A stretch of 63,961 bases of DNA, filler included, from Collodictyon triciliatum (taxonomy: Eukaryota), in the NCBI GenBank assembly GCA_043381765.1. It is 3 parts of 3 records of this genome, joined end to end, with 100 filler letters (N's around TTAATTAATTAA, not from the genome) between each part and the next. Parts side by side here need not be neighbours in the genome. Positions count along the whole stretch, not along the records: positions 45,006 to 63,961 come from JBHJMP010001321.1; 2 more parts are not named here. One strand, given 5' to 3'. This document shows, one piece after another, positions 49,878-63,961 of the stretch. How positions within the stretch are numbered: the stretch's first letter is position 1; every line of letters begins with the position of its first letter. The notes under the pieces were generated by a model that had not been told where the DNA came from, ran no database searches, and saw only the letters and a list, made by a program, of their open reading frames with translations. Both the position numbers and the translations under genes were made by a program.

Positions 49878-50821
49878 TGAAGGCGCTCTGCCTAGGGATC
49901 GAGTATTGATTGTTGTCTCTGGCATCCACACGCCCTGAGGGACAGCGAGAATACAACGCCTTTAATCCTGCTGGTGTTTCGCAGGACCAAAGCAATACAT
50001 ATAGCTCGCTTGTAAAAGTCATTCTCGACCAGGCAGACCTGTCACAATCTTAACATCCAAACGAATCCCAGGAAAACTTCTGATTTGTTAGTATATCTAT
50101 TAGTTTGTGGTCATAGTGTGACTCTGGGGCAAAGACCGGCTCGCCGCGGATTAATTATAAAATGACATTACAAATCCAAGACATAACAGCAAGTTTGTTC
50201 AAATGGTAAGGCGTCTGTGTCTTTTTGCTGAATGTTTTATGTGATTTAGGCGGATAAGCGGGTATTCTCCCCAACCTGACGCCATGCAGACAGCTCGATG
50301 TCGTAAAATCTCGATGCCCGGATCAACACTTGCTATCCCTCGGTCATGTGGGCGCATTGAGTTTTCGGTTGTATTCATACTTACTGTCTGCAGCCTGATG
50401 ATTGTTTTTCGTTGAGGGTTTCCCTTCGTCGGCCCTGCTTCGTTGTTTGCTACTAGGTAGCATGAGAATGATTGTTGCTTGGAATCACCATGGCACAATC
50501 TGTCAAACACTGGTGCGAAGCTGTTGGCTCTGTGAGTGGGGAAGGCGTTGCCGCTGTAATTTAAAAGGAGGAGGTAGTCTAATGACAGGCTTGAGTCGCC
50601 AGAGCTACCTCGTGGCACAGAACCGCACAGAGGCCGACATCATCGGTGGATACCACGAGCTCGAATACAAAGCCCACAGGTGAATACAATTTTTTTTTTT
50701 TTAAGAGATCTGGGTGATATTTTAGCGACCAGAGGGCTGGTGAAACAGAGTTTGGACACTTTTTTTTTTTAAAAAAAGCCTCGTGCAAATGCTGCAGATT
50801 TGCAAAGGGGAAGGGACAAAA

Positions 50822-50864
<43 letters not shown>

Positions 50865-51027
50865 ATGAAAAGGATGACGACGAAAGACACGATATACCCG
50901 GGTGACAGACGATAGATGCGTATGTAGCAGCCACAAAAGAGGGCTGAGGTGACCCCTTTAGTCGGTTGGAGAAGATGAAGAGAGAGAGAGAAGGAAAATA
51001 TGAGATGGAGGGAGAACAGCAAATGGG

Positions 51028-52516
51028 TTATATCCCCACAAGAAACTTTTTCCGAGGCATGAACCCACCGTAGGTACATGCCCGGCGTGTGTCCAAATAG
51101 TCATCAACCGTATGATTTCCCTGCGAAGTTGCTGCAGGGGTAAATTGGGGCTGTTCATTATGTGTTTGGGGGCGTCCAACAAGGGGCTGTGAGGCTGAGC
51201 GCGATGAGCCTGCACTTCTTTGTCCTCGAGACCCTGGACGTGAGCCATTCTCCTGGTCTGCACCAGTGCGCTCCGACTCCAGTACTTGATTTGCGCGCTG
51301 GTGGTATTTCTCGGCGAGATCTAGTATAGTTCATATTAGGATTTATGTATATATTTCGAAGGACGACAAGACGCTTGGCAACGGGGATAAGAGTGTACGC
51401 CTATCACAATGAATAAATGAAATGTTACCTTGGTCTGCCTGGTCGGCTTCGGTAGGATTCAATGGGGTCGACAGGGATTGGTTCATCGAAGCTCTGAGCC
51501 GATAATGGGGGTCTTGTTTTCTGATGTGGTGCTCCTCATTCTGATACTCGCATTTTATGACGCTGTGTGTGTAAACCAAACCAGGAATGTAGCCCTATAT
51601 ATTGGATTTATTATAAAAGATTCAAGGTTTTGCGAGTGAGATTCAATTATTATTATTATTGGTATTCCGCAACTTGAATCATGGCGGACTTCAGACAGTA
51701 TTTGTGGCGAGTCGCGAGGAGGTTCGGCGTGAGATCATTCATATGAAACTTTATATTTTCTTTTTGTTAACATTCATACTTGGTAGCCCATGATTTTTGC
51801 CCGTGGAGCACTTGAACGAACAGTTGTGGTCCCCACCCCACCAGATGTTGTTCGGTTAAGAGTCTCTGCTGAGCGAAGATTGCGTCGATCGCTCAGGTTC
51901 ATTTCATCGTGAAGGAGACCACCAAACGCTGGGTATGGTTCATATGAAATACAATACGAGAGGTAATACGATAATGGTCAGCAGTATGCGATATTGCCTA
52001 AGCAAACAGGAGAGTTGCAAATAAATGGGAAGAGGACATTCCTGACTTTGGATTAAGCCACGCCTTCTTTTCAATGGTGGGAGTTTTTGCCACTCATGGT
52101 TACCTGGCTGGGTGGAGCGGAGACTGGCCTGTGTTTGGGTCGTCGGTCTCTCCTCAAACTCATATTGGGCGAAGTCGGACGTGTTGACTGGATCAGGGTG
52201 ACGGGATTAAGTTCAAGAACAGAGAAGAACAGAGAAGAACAGAGAAGAACAGAGAAGAACAGAGAAGAAAAAGAACAGAACAGAAAAGAAAAGAAAAGAA
52301 AAGGTTGGGTTGACCATGTAAACTGCTGATAAAACAGCATATAACTGCGCCAGTATCACGCAAGCAGCAGTGGCAGAGAATCATACCGGCCATCGCATGG
52401 GTCAGCCCTGGCACATAACCTCCGTATCCGGAGATTCGGTGGTGTTGATACTGCGCGTTCGCCTGGGGCGATTTACCACGGCCGGGTTTCTCAACACTGG
52501 TTGCAGTCTCGTTCAT
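51028..52516 (-). CDS. Second FAM166-like GYxG[YF]xP-repeat ciliary protein, 5 exons
   Basis: RISGYGGYVPGL, KIMGYQ|GYIPGL (motif restored by splicing) and C-terminal TYGGFMPRKKFLVGI*. Confidence 0.7.
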
Positions 52517-52795
52517 GTCTGGTTCGTGGGCGTTGCGTCTGCGTGGGATCGGGTCTGGGCGAGTGTCAAACTTTGTCAGCGCAACGCAGTGCGAGTGAGT
52601 CTTCCCAGCGTGACGCTCGTCTCTCGGCTTCTCTGATAATCGCTTGCTTCTTCTCTGATGCTTTGATGCAAGGAAACAACGCTTTTTCCTGCACCCATTT
52701 AAGGCTGGTCGCAATCGTCCAAAAAAGGAATCTAAAGTCAGTTGTAACGAATATTGTATTTTATAATACATATTATCGGGTCGAAAGTTAAGAAA

Positions 52796-52868
52796 GCCCG
52801 TCTAGCTCAGTCGGTAGAGCGTGAGGCTCTTAACCTCACGGTTGTGGGTTCGAGCCCCACGGTGGGCG
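52796..52868 (+). tRNA. tRNA-Lys(CTT), intronless
   Basis: GCCCGTC-TA-GCTCAGTCGGTAGAGC-G-TGAGG-CTCTTAA-CCTCA-CGGTT-GTGGG-TTCGAGC-CCCAC-GGTGGGC-G folds as a full cloverleaf with A/B boxes; a T-run follows. Confidence 0.97.
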
Positions 52869-53326
52869 ATGAGTTTTGTGCTCACGCCATTTTCACTATA
52901 TTTCTCTTACATTGCCCGAAGGTGCGCGCAACTCCAGAGTTTTAAAAATATTTTTCTCAAATATAGCTAATTCATCGACTATGTCATAGTCATAAGCTAA
53001 ATAAAATATATTCCAGAATAGAATTAAGGGTTTTTTCTTTTCTTTCACGCAAGGGCTGTTTTTGTTCACCAGTGTGCTTATCTTGCGGCTGTGAAGACAC
53101 CGAAGGCACGAGCGATCAGAAAAGGGACCGATAACATAGCTGCAGCAAACCGCACAGAAGCAAAGCCGCGGCTTTAGACACTGGCGCTGTTGACTCATAT
53201 ATGTTTCGTTGGTTTTTTTTTTTGGTTTCTATACCGTGCATTCTCTGGGTTTACACACCATAAAACCTGACTCCTGGGTTTGTTTCGGCCACCGCAAACC
53301 AGGAAGGACTCCCAAGTTTTGAAGTC

Positions 53327-57215
<3,889 letters not shown>

Positions 57216-57758
57216 ATAGTCAAACATAACGTAACAAAATAAAATAAGGAGCAGGGAAATGACGCGAAAACGGAGGTGTTTCTATCAACCAATATGCGCG
57301 ATATCATTTTTGTACAATGTTTCGGGTGAGAGTTTTATTTCAAAGAGTCTGGATGATTCAGACAATGTCCCCTGAAATGATGATGAGAACCACAAGACTA
57401 AAGAGACTAGGCCAGAAAGTGAACGAGCAGATGCAGAAGAAGGGCGATTAGGTAAACAGAATGTTTCAATCGCGGGTAGATTCATAAAACACACAAGGAA
57501 ATGAAAGAAACCCACACATGAGAAGGAAGTTTTTAGGGAGACATGAGTAAATGACGCTAAGTTGCGTCGGACGAGATTTGCTGTGCCCTTAATTGAGCTA
57601 TGTGCGCTTAAGCAGGAGAAAGAGAAAAAGAAAGGCAAATATAAAGCAACCAATCCGCGATAGCCTTAGGAATAAAAATATACAGCAGACACAAAAAAAG
57701 ATTCTACATATTGTTCGCTGCTGTGCATTACTTGGAAACTGAAGAGTCATCAGCGAGA

Positions 57759-58957
57759 CTAGTTTTTTTCTTTCTTGCGACCACTCGGGGAGCGGTGGCG
57801 CTTTGTATTTTTTGCAAAGTGGTACTGGGTGAACTTTGTACGGGGCATTGATGACTGATTATCGGAAGACTGTGCACTGGCCCCAACAACATCGTCTGAG
57901 AAGCATTAACAAAATAAATTAATAAATAAAAATGGCCGGGTGGTGAAGAGTTGGTGTATTTTCATATTATTTTTTTTATACATTTTTATAATTATTTTCA
58001 AACTTATCACATAAATACATAGCTTTGTTTAGTACTACTGATGCTCACCTGATTCATAGCGTTTGATATCATGATTGAGGATGCGCTTGCGGGTCATGTG
58101 AATCGGCTGCAAGCTCAGTTGTTGCTGGGGCGATTCAGGCTGCTTCTCAGATGCTGACGATGTATAAAGAAAACATAATGACTTCAGCGCAAGATTTATT
58201 GCAGGTTGCAGATGTTCAGAAACTCATATGTAAATACAAGATAAGATATGTAGGAATAATAAAATGAAGAAAATAAATCCCACGAGAGGTCGATTCCTTC
58301 GAGGAAGAGCTGCGTGTGGAGTCGAATGGCATGGGCGGAATGTTTGAGAGTTGGTATCTGCTTTGGCCCCAACGGCGGAAAGGCCGAGCCGCAGGTATTG
58401 GCGCAGGAACTTCGGCGGTTGAGAGCGGAGCTGCCGAGACGGATAAGCTGGAAGCATTGAGAGCAGCGCCTTTTGTGTAGAAGCGTTTGCGCAGAGGCGG
58501 ATTCAGTGGGATGGTTATATGTGCTTGCAATGGCGTCTGTGATATGGGCGGGGGGTTCTGTGCTGGCTGGGAAATCGATGCTGTGTCTGCAAGTGCAAAC
58601 CCGTTTGGTTGTTTGAAGTGCGTTGTGTCTGGAGCGTTTACTTGTTGCATGTCTGTGTGAAGGTGATAGTGGGATGTGATGAGTATAAAAAAACAAAAAC
58701 AAAAACAAAAACAAAAACAAAAACAAAAACAAAAACAAAAACAAAAACAAAAACAAAAACAAAAACAAAAACATAGTAAACATGTCAGTCTGGGTTTACC
58801 CTTTTTGTCATGCAATGCGTGTGTGAATATGTATGAATGAAAGAGAAGGCTTCTTACAGGTTATCTGGGACACCAAGGCAGAGAATGGTGGGAGAAGCGG
58901 TTCTGAAGCAGCATGGGTTGAGTGCAGTGACAGCAGGCTTTGGATATGCGGCAGCAT
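57759..58957 (-). CDS. Hypothetical low-complexity S/P/Q-rich protein, 4 exons
   Basis: GC-richer blocks bounded by AG/GT splice in frame to a basic C-terminus KRHRSPSGRKKEKN*; start is uncertain. Confidence 0.5.
58690..58772. repeat. (CAAAAA)n microsatellite
   Basis: Hexamer run, intronic. Confidence 0.9.
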
Positions 58958-59114
58958 GGTGGAGGGACTGTGCGAAGGGAAAGAGGGGCTGAGTTAATAT
59001 AGATATGTTTAAAGTAGCCTCAACATTGGTAGCTTTAAGCCGATGGTCTTTTGTTCGACTTTGGTCTTAGTGAAGAACGATAGTTCTGTGACCATCATGG
59101 CGCATTTCCTGCTG

Positions 59115-59225
59115 AGAGAGAAAGAGAAAGAGAAAGAGAAAGAGAAAGAGAAAGAGAAAGAGAAAGAGAAAGAGAAAGAGAAAGAGAAAGAGAAAGAGAA
59201 AGAGAAAGAGAAAGAGAAAGAGAAA
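59115..59225. repeat. (AGAGAA)n microsatellite
   Basis: Hexamer run. Confidence 0.9.
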
Positions 59226-60154
59226 CGATCGAGGACGAAGCAGAGGCGGCTGCCTTGTGCTTGAATATGTGCTGACTTGCTTCGGTGCAATTGAATCACT
59301 GCCTCCACATTCTGATTATACCTCGATAATTTATTTTTGATAAAATCCTATGAAAACTCTTCTGGCCAGACGAAGTTATATACCAAGGAAAAAGGCTCGA
59401 TGGATGAACTTTTGTGCTTGCGGCCACGAATGAGGGACACCGCCTGAATCCGGTGCCGTGGCCAGAAAGTCTGTCGACGGCAGAAAACGTTCGGAAACTG
59501 CCACGCACACGACGCACGACTCCACCAGCAAAGACACTCGCACATAAAGTTGACCAACAAGCCCGCTTGGCAGATGGGTGCACCAATCAAGAAGGCCACC
59601 ACACCCGGATGTGATGCAACCCTCGCAATCACACGCACCACTCCATCACAACCTCATCACAGCACCCATTTCTGATGCTTCCGCTTGTCGGCGCGCTTCA
59701 TGACATTTTCCAAATGTTTCTTGCAAACGAGACCGCCACTCTTCTATTTTCGGAGAGACATCATAAATATGGTAAAGAAGTTCGGCTGATTCAGGAAAGG
59801 TATCAAATATGGAAAACTGGTACAATTCCAGAGGAAGAAACAAAAGTACGGTCATAATAATACCGTATTTACTGTACAAAATATATGTGGAATAAAGGGT
59901 GCAGCTTTGGTTATATCGTGCCAATCAAACGGCAGCAGCTTTCCAAACGCCGTTATCCTCTTTTCGTCTGCGCTGTGATTGTTTATGATTTTTATTTTTT
60001 TGGGTATGACTTGTTTATCATCTCCCCCAAGTGGATTGTCTTGGTTCATATTTTTTTCAGACGAGGGTGGGTTTTAAAAGATGAGTGTTGTCAGAAAAGC
60101 TGGGCTTAAAAAAAAAAAAAAAAAAAAAAAAGTTTTAACATTAACCAAACCAAA

Positions 60155-60186
<32 letters not shown>

Positions 60187-60312
60187 AAAAAAAAGAAAAA
60201 AAAAAGAAAAATATATAGTGTAACATAGGGATTTTCTATTGCTTATTTTTTAAATAAATTTTTAGTATTTTTTTAAAATTTTTTTTAGGTAAACATAATG
60301 CAAGGAATAAAA

Positions 60313-63300
60313 TCATGAGATCACGCACTCTTTTGTCCTAAGCCTACCAAGAGTAGATTCAGCGTCTATGTTTCCTTGAGCAGCAGCCATCTCATAAAAT
60401 CTGACTGCATCCTTCATGTTGGCGTTCGCGATGTGCCCATTCTCATTGAGCAGACCCATCAAATACTGGCAGCGACTTCCGCCTCGGTCAGCCCCAGCAC
60501 GAACCCAAAAGTTGCATTGGTCTAAATCTCGTTCTGTGTTGACACCTGTGTAGTAGTATTCAGCCATATCGGCATGTGCTTCCCAGTCGCCTTGTTGGGC
60601 GGCCAGGAGAACCCACGCATACGACTCGGCAGGCTGAATCCCGTTCAGTCGCCGGCCACGCTGTAACAATCCGACCATTCGTTGCGCCCGTGCGTGACCT
60701 TTCTCGGCTGATTTATGATAATATTGAAGAGCCTCTGTTAGATTTTTCTTTCGTCTCAAATACTCCGCATACAAAAACTGGCCGTGGACAAAGTCGTTAC
60801 TTGCTGTCTGCAAGTAGTAGAACGACGCCTCTGTCCAATCCTGGTCGATGATACAAAGAAAGTCTCCGTAAATGCACTTGACCATATCACTTCTCGTACG
60901 TTTGGCAGGGTGCGCGCGCTCTTCCTGCATAAGACTCTTCAAATAAGAGCGCGTAGTAATTGTATTTCCTCTCGAGCGAGAGTGGGTGCAGAGCTGTAAA
61001 AAGTAGCGGTCGGCCTCCTGCTTGAGAGGGACCTGGGCCACTTGCGGCTTCCACATATATAGTAGCCTCAGCGCCAAAACACTGGAGAGAAAGTCTGGCG
61101 ACAGGTCGACACTCTTGCAAAAAAGAGCGTGTGATTGGGCATATTCTCCGTGAACCATCTTTTCCAGACCAAGCAGAAACAGATCCGCACAAGAGAGCCC
61201 GGCACAAATCTCTTGTATATTCAATATCGATTTTGTAGTAGATATAAAGTCGAGAATCGAAGAAAATTCCAGTTGTGTTGGGCTTAGTTCTATCAGAGGA
61301 GAGCTCTTTTCTGTGAGCGTCTTGTCGCATTCCTCATCACTTTCATCTCGACATGAGATTTTCAGAACATCAGCACAGTCTTCGTCCCGTTCAATAACTT
61401 CTACAGCAAGTGATGAAGTTTGACGAGCCCCTTGGTATCGCCTTTCATCCTTACGATACACAGACGGAGTTTTCATGGGCGTGTATTTTCGCGCCTCTTT
61501 ATCACGCGAAGGTAATTTATTGGATTTTGTTCTTTGTGGACTTTGAGTGCGGCTGGGTAATTCTGACTGGTTTTGTGCTCCAAGCTCATAAAGTGGGTAT
61601 ATTTCAGCTCGGTTTGAATATTCGGCCTTGAAATTACTTTCTTCAAACAAGTGTTTTTTCATGCTATTTCGCTGGCGAGATTTCGAGATTGTTTCAATGT
61701 AATCAGCTCGTTCATCCAGATCTGCATCTTCTGCGAACAGTGACTGAGAGACTTCTGCTGAGTCATTTCCTTCGGTTTGATTTTCTGTGCGCATGTGACT
61801 GTCGCTCACTATGGATGATGGAGGAATCATGGTTCCTGCCTCCTTTGATTTCAGTCTCTCTTTTCGTAATAATCGGGATAATTGGTTGCATTTTACTCGA
61901 AGTTGAGCATTCTCCAAAAAGACGCGTTGCAGGACTGAGTAGACGTGCGAGCTCTCTTGTGAGCCAACGGTGTGCGCAGATCTGTCACCCATGAGCATTG
62001 TGTCCGCAAATGTAGTTGAATAAGATCTGCGCATATGATGTTCATCTGTGGCGAATTCGTTCACACCTAGTTCCCTCGCAGGGTACCCAGTCTTGTGGGT
62101 AATTAGAGATGGAATATTTTCGCCAGGACTCATAGGGGGAACACATTCATCCCCAGAGGCGGGCTTGTGTGTGGGTGAAAGCCCCACAGATTGGTCGCCA
62201 GGAAATTTCTGATTGTCCGATACTTCATCCTCACTGATTTTAGGCGAGCTGAATTCATTTGAGGTCTCCTGCTGCCTGCTATGGGGGCCATTCTGAATAA
62301 CCTGGATTGGGATCGGATTGGAAAGGATGAAATCCTGATGGTCAATGCTAATTTGCATCGCGCGATTCTGCGATTTGAATGAAAGGCGAGTGTTTTCATC
62401 CTCGATTTGTGCTGAATCAGCAAGCAAGCCCATGTCAGCCAATATCCCAGTGTACTTTTTCCATTCTGCAACCAGGGCGAATTTTATGTCAAATAATCCG
62501 GGGCGTTTCTGGACATCTCTTTCCCAGCATGATTCGATTATCGCAGCCAATCGAATCGGAGTACGCGGTGGAATTGGTGGTGTCCGTCGAGTTACAAGCT
62601 GTCCGCTAAGCATTTCCCAAAACACAAGTCCAAGGGAGTAGATGTCACTCTTTTCTCCTTGGTGTCCATTTACGTAGCATTCGGGTGCGCTCCAGAAGGT
62701 GCTTCCACAAGGAGTCGGTGCCACAGGATCCGTTACCGAGCGAGATCTAGGGGTCGAAGATTTTTTGCCAAGTCCTGAAGAAAGAGGGGGTGCATAGTCT
62801 ACCATAGAATCAGGTATAGGACCAGAGGAGCCAAAATCCCCAAGTTTGCAAAGACGATTGAACAGCAAGATGTTGTGTGTTTTAACATCTCTGTGAGCTA
62901 TGGGAGGATTCTGGTGATAATACAGATAATACAAGGCCTCTACGATGTCGAAGGCATACCCGAAAAACATGTCCATAGGGAGGCCTGAGTTTGCAAACTT
63001 ACTTTGCACGAGGTCGTGAAGAGAGCCGTCGTGGGCATATTCCATGACTAACGAGACCCCGGCGGCATCTTCACATATTCCATGAATTTTGATGATATTG
63101 GGGTGGTCAAGAGAATGCAAAATGATGGATTCCTTCAATATTGTATCGCTTGTGGTGGGCGTGTGGTTGTGATACTGATGAAAGTCTTGGTCAAAGTCCT
63201 CCTGACTTCCACCAAGCCCGGCCCGATGACGCAACCTCCCGACTGGTTTCCTTCCTGGCTCTTGTGGGGACGGAGGGCAGATCTTGCCGGGCACAGGAGG

Positions 63301-63657
63301 GACAACTTGCGTTGTGGGATGGAAGGATGCAGAAAAGAGGGCTGGGCTCAAAGTTCGCGGCTTTTTAACTGCCACATGTTGGCCGTTCAAAAGGCCTTTC
63401 CACACCGATGCAAACACACCGGCACCGATCTCTTTGGTCTCCATCAAGCAATCACGGCGAATGCGAGGAACTTTCTTGGGGTCTGGAATGCCAGAAGCGA
63501 CCAGGGAGAACTTTGAATGAGCCGAGTTGTGCTGCTTAGTGTTGGTCTGTTGCTTCATGTCTTTCGAGTCGGGTGAAGAAGCGTAACGGGACAGGAAGCT
63601 GGACGGCGAAGATGGCGGAGAGAATGGGCGGCGTTGCGGAGAATCTTTCCCCTCCAT
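60313..63657 (-). CDS. Intronless TKL-type kinase with C-terminal SEL1-like repeats (1114 aa)
   Basis: IGAGVFASV, VAVKK, HRDVKTHN, DFG, WSAPE. C-terminal SEL1 repeats ALQYYHKSAEKGHARAQ, YYTGVNTERDLDQ, AVRFYEMAAAQGNIDA. Confidence 0.92.
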   Translation of the reverse strand: MEGKDSPQRRPFSPPSSPSSFLSRYASSPDSKDMKQQTNTKQHNSAHSKFSLVASGIPDPKKVPRIRRDCLMETKEIGAGVFASVWKGLLNGQHVAVKKPRTLSPALFSASFHPTTQVVPPVPGKICPPSPQEPGRKPVGRLRHRAGLGGSQEDFDQDFHQYHNHTPTTSDTILKESIILHSLDHPNIIKIHGICEDAAGVSLVMEYAHDGSLHDLVQSKFANSGLPMDMFFGYAFDIVEALYYLYYHQNPPIAHRDVKTHNILLFNRLCKLGDFGSSGPIPDSMVDYAPPLSSGLGKKSSTPRSRSVTDPVAPTPCGSTFWSAPECYVNGHQGEKSDIYSLGLVFWEMLSGQLVTRRTPPIPPRTPIRLAAIIESCWERDVQKRPGLFDIKFALVAEWKKYTGILADMGLLADSAQIEDENTRLSFKSQNRAMQISIDHQDFILSNPIPIQVIQNGPHSRQQETSNEFSSPKISEDEVSDNQKFPGDQSVGLSPTHKPASGDECVPPMSPGENIPSLITHKTGYPARELGVNEFATDEHHMRRSYSTTFADTMLMGDRSAHTVGSQESSHVYSVLQRVFLENAQLRVKCNQLSRLLRKERLKSKEAGTMIPPSSIVSDSHMRTENQTEGNDSAEVSQSLFAEDADLDERADYIETISKSRQRNSMKKHLFEESNFKAEYSNRAEIYPLYELGAQNQSELPSRTQSPQRTKSNKLPSRDKEARKYTPMKTPSVYRKDERRYQGARQTSSLAVEVIERDEDCADVLKISCRDESDEECDKTLTEKSSPLIELSPTQLEFSSILDFISTTKSILNIQEICAGLSCADLFLLGLEKMVHGEYAQSHALFCKSVDLSPDFLSSVLALRLLYMWKPQVAQVPLKQEADRYFLQLCTHSRSRGNTITTRSYLKSLMQEERAHPAKRTRSDMVKCIYGDFLCIIDQDWTEASFYYLQTASNDFVHGQFLYAEYLRRKKNLTEALQYYHKSAEKGHARAQRMVGLLQRGRRLNGIQPAESYAWVLLAAQQGDWEAHADMAEYYYTGVNTERDLDQCNFWVRAGADRGGSRCQYLMGLLNENGHIANANMKDAVRFYEMAAAQGNIDAESTLGRLRTKECVIS

Positions 63658-63867
63658 GCGTACTTGTTCTTTCTTTCTCTTTCTCTCTCTTTTCCTCCCT
63701 TTTGTTTCTAGACCTTTTGGTTTTCTGGGTGCAGGGACGGAACTATCATTAGTCTTCCTGGCAAGCCCACGATCCCTTCGGTTTGGTGGTGGTAGAGGTC
63801 ATTTGAGGTGGTGTGTCCAGCCAGAAAAGAAAGGAAAAAGAAGGGAAAAAAAGGAAAAGGAAAAGGG

Positions 63868-63961
63868 AAAGAGAAAGAGAAAGAGAAAGAGAAAGAGAAA
63901 GAGAAAGAGAAAGAGAAAGAGAAAGAGAAAGAGAAAGAGAAAGAGAAAGAGAAAGAGAAAG
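63868..63961. repeat. (AGAGAA)n microsatellite at the window end
   Basis: Hexamer run. Confidence 0.9.

Noticed and set aside
50162-50950. Small + strand gene (MTLQIQD.../MTGLSRQSYL...)
   Set aside because: Some splice-like signals, but no consistent model or homology; may be UTR sequence.
59350-59860. GC-richer stretch with a GCDATLAI peptide suggestive of a Mutator-type DNA-binding remnant
   Set aside because: Multiple stops, no TIRs or catalytic motifs; similarity is too weak.

Overview
Gene-dense, intron-rich, microsatellite-rich nuclear DNA from a flagellated protist (lineage not assignable from this window), assembled from at least three contigs joined by artificial N-TTAATTAATTAA-N linkers. 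Manual splicing recovers about 20 protein genes: NAD-glutamate dehydrogenase (partial), an F-box/LRR protein, a cytochrome P450, a PCTAIRE-type CDK5, CELF/Bruno, a MIT-kinase, akirin, SEN34, two FAM166-like proteins, an LRR-kinase-SAM protein, SPATS1-like, COQ3 (partial), TSNAXIP1-like (partial), DBP2/DDX5, an intronless kinase-SEL1 gene and several hypotheticals. There is also one tRNA-Lys(CTT). Three observations stand out. (1) About 25-bp micro-retroinsertions (CTTTGAATCGAATAAAGGAn), most with target-site duplications, match the 3' tail of a decayed LINE fragment and all truncate at nearly the same base; a second family is also present. (2) A PCNA-interacting PIP box (QxxITxFF/YF) appears at the extreme C-terminus of the ORF remnants in both families. 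(3) CDK5 has an AT-AC intron without U12 consensus, in a genome with very degenerate 5' splice sites and probable GC-AG introns. All gene names come from motif recognition by eye, not database searches.
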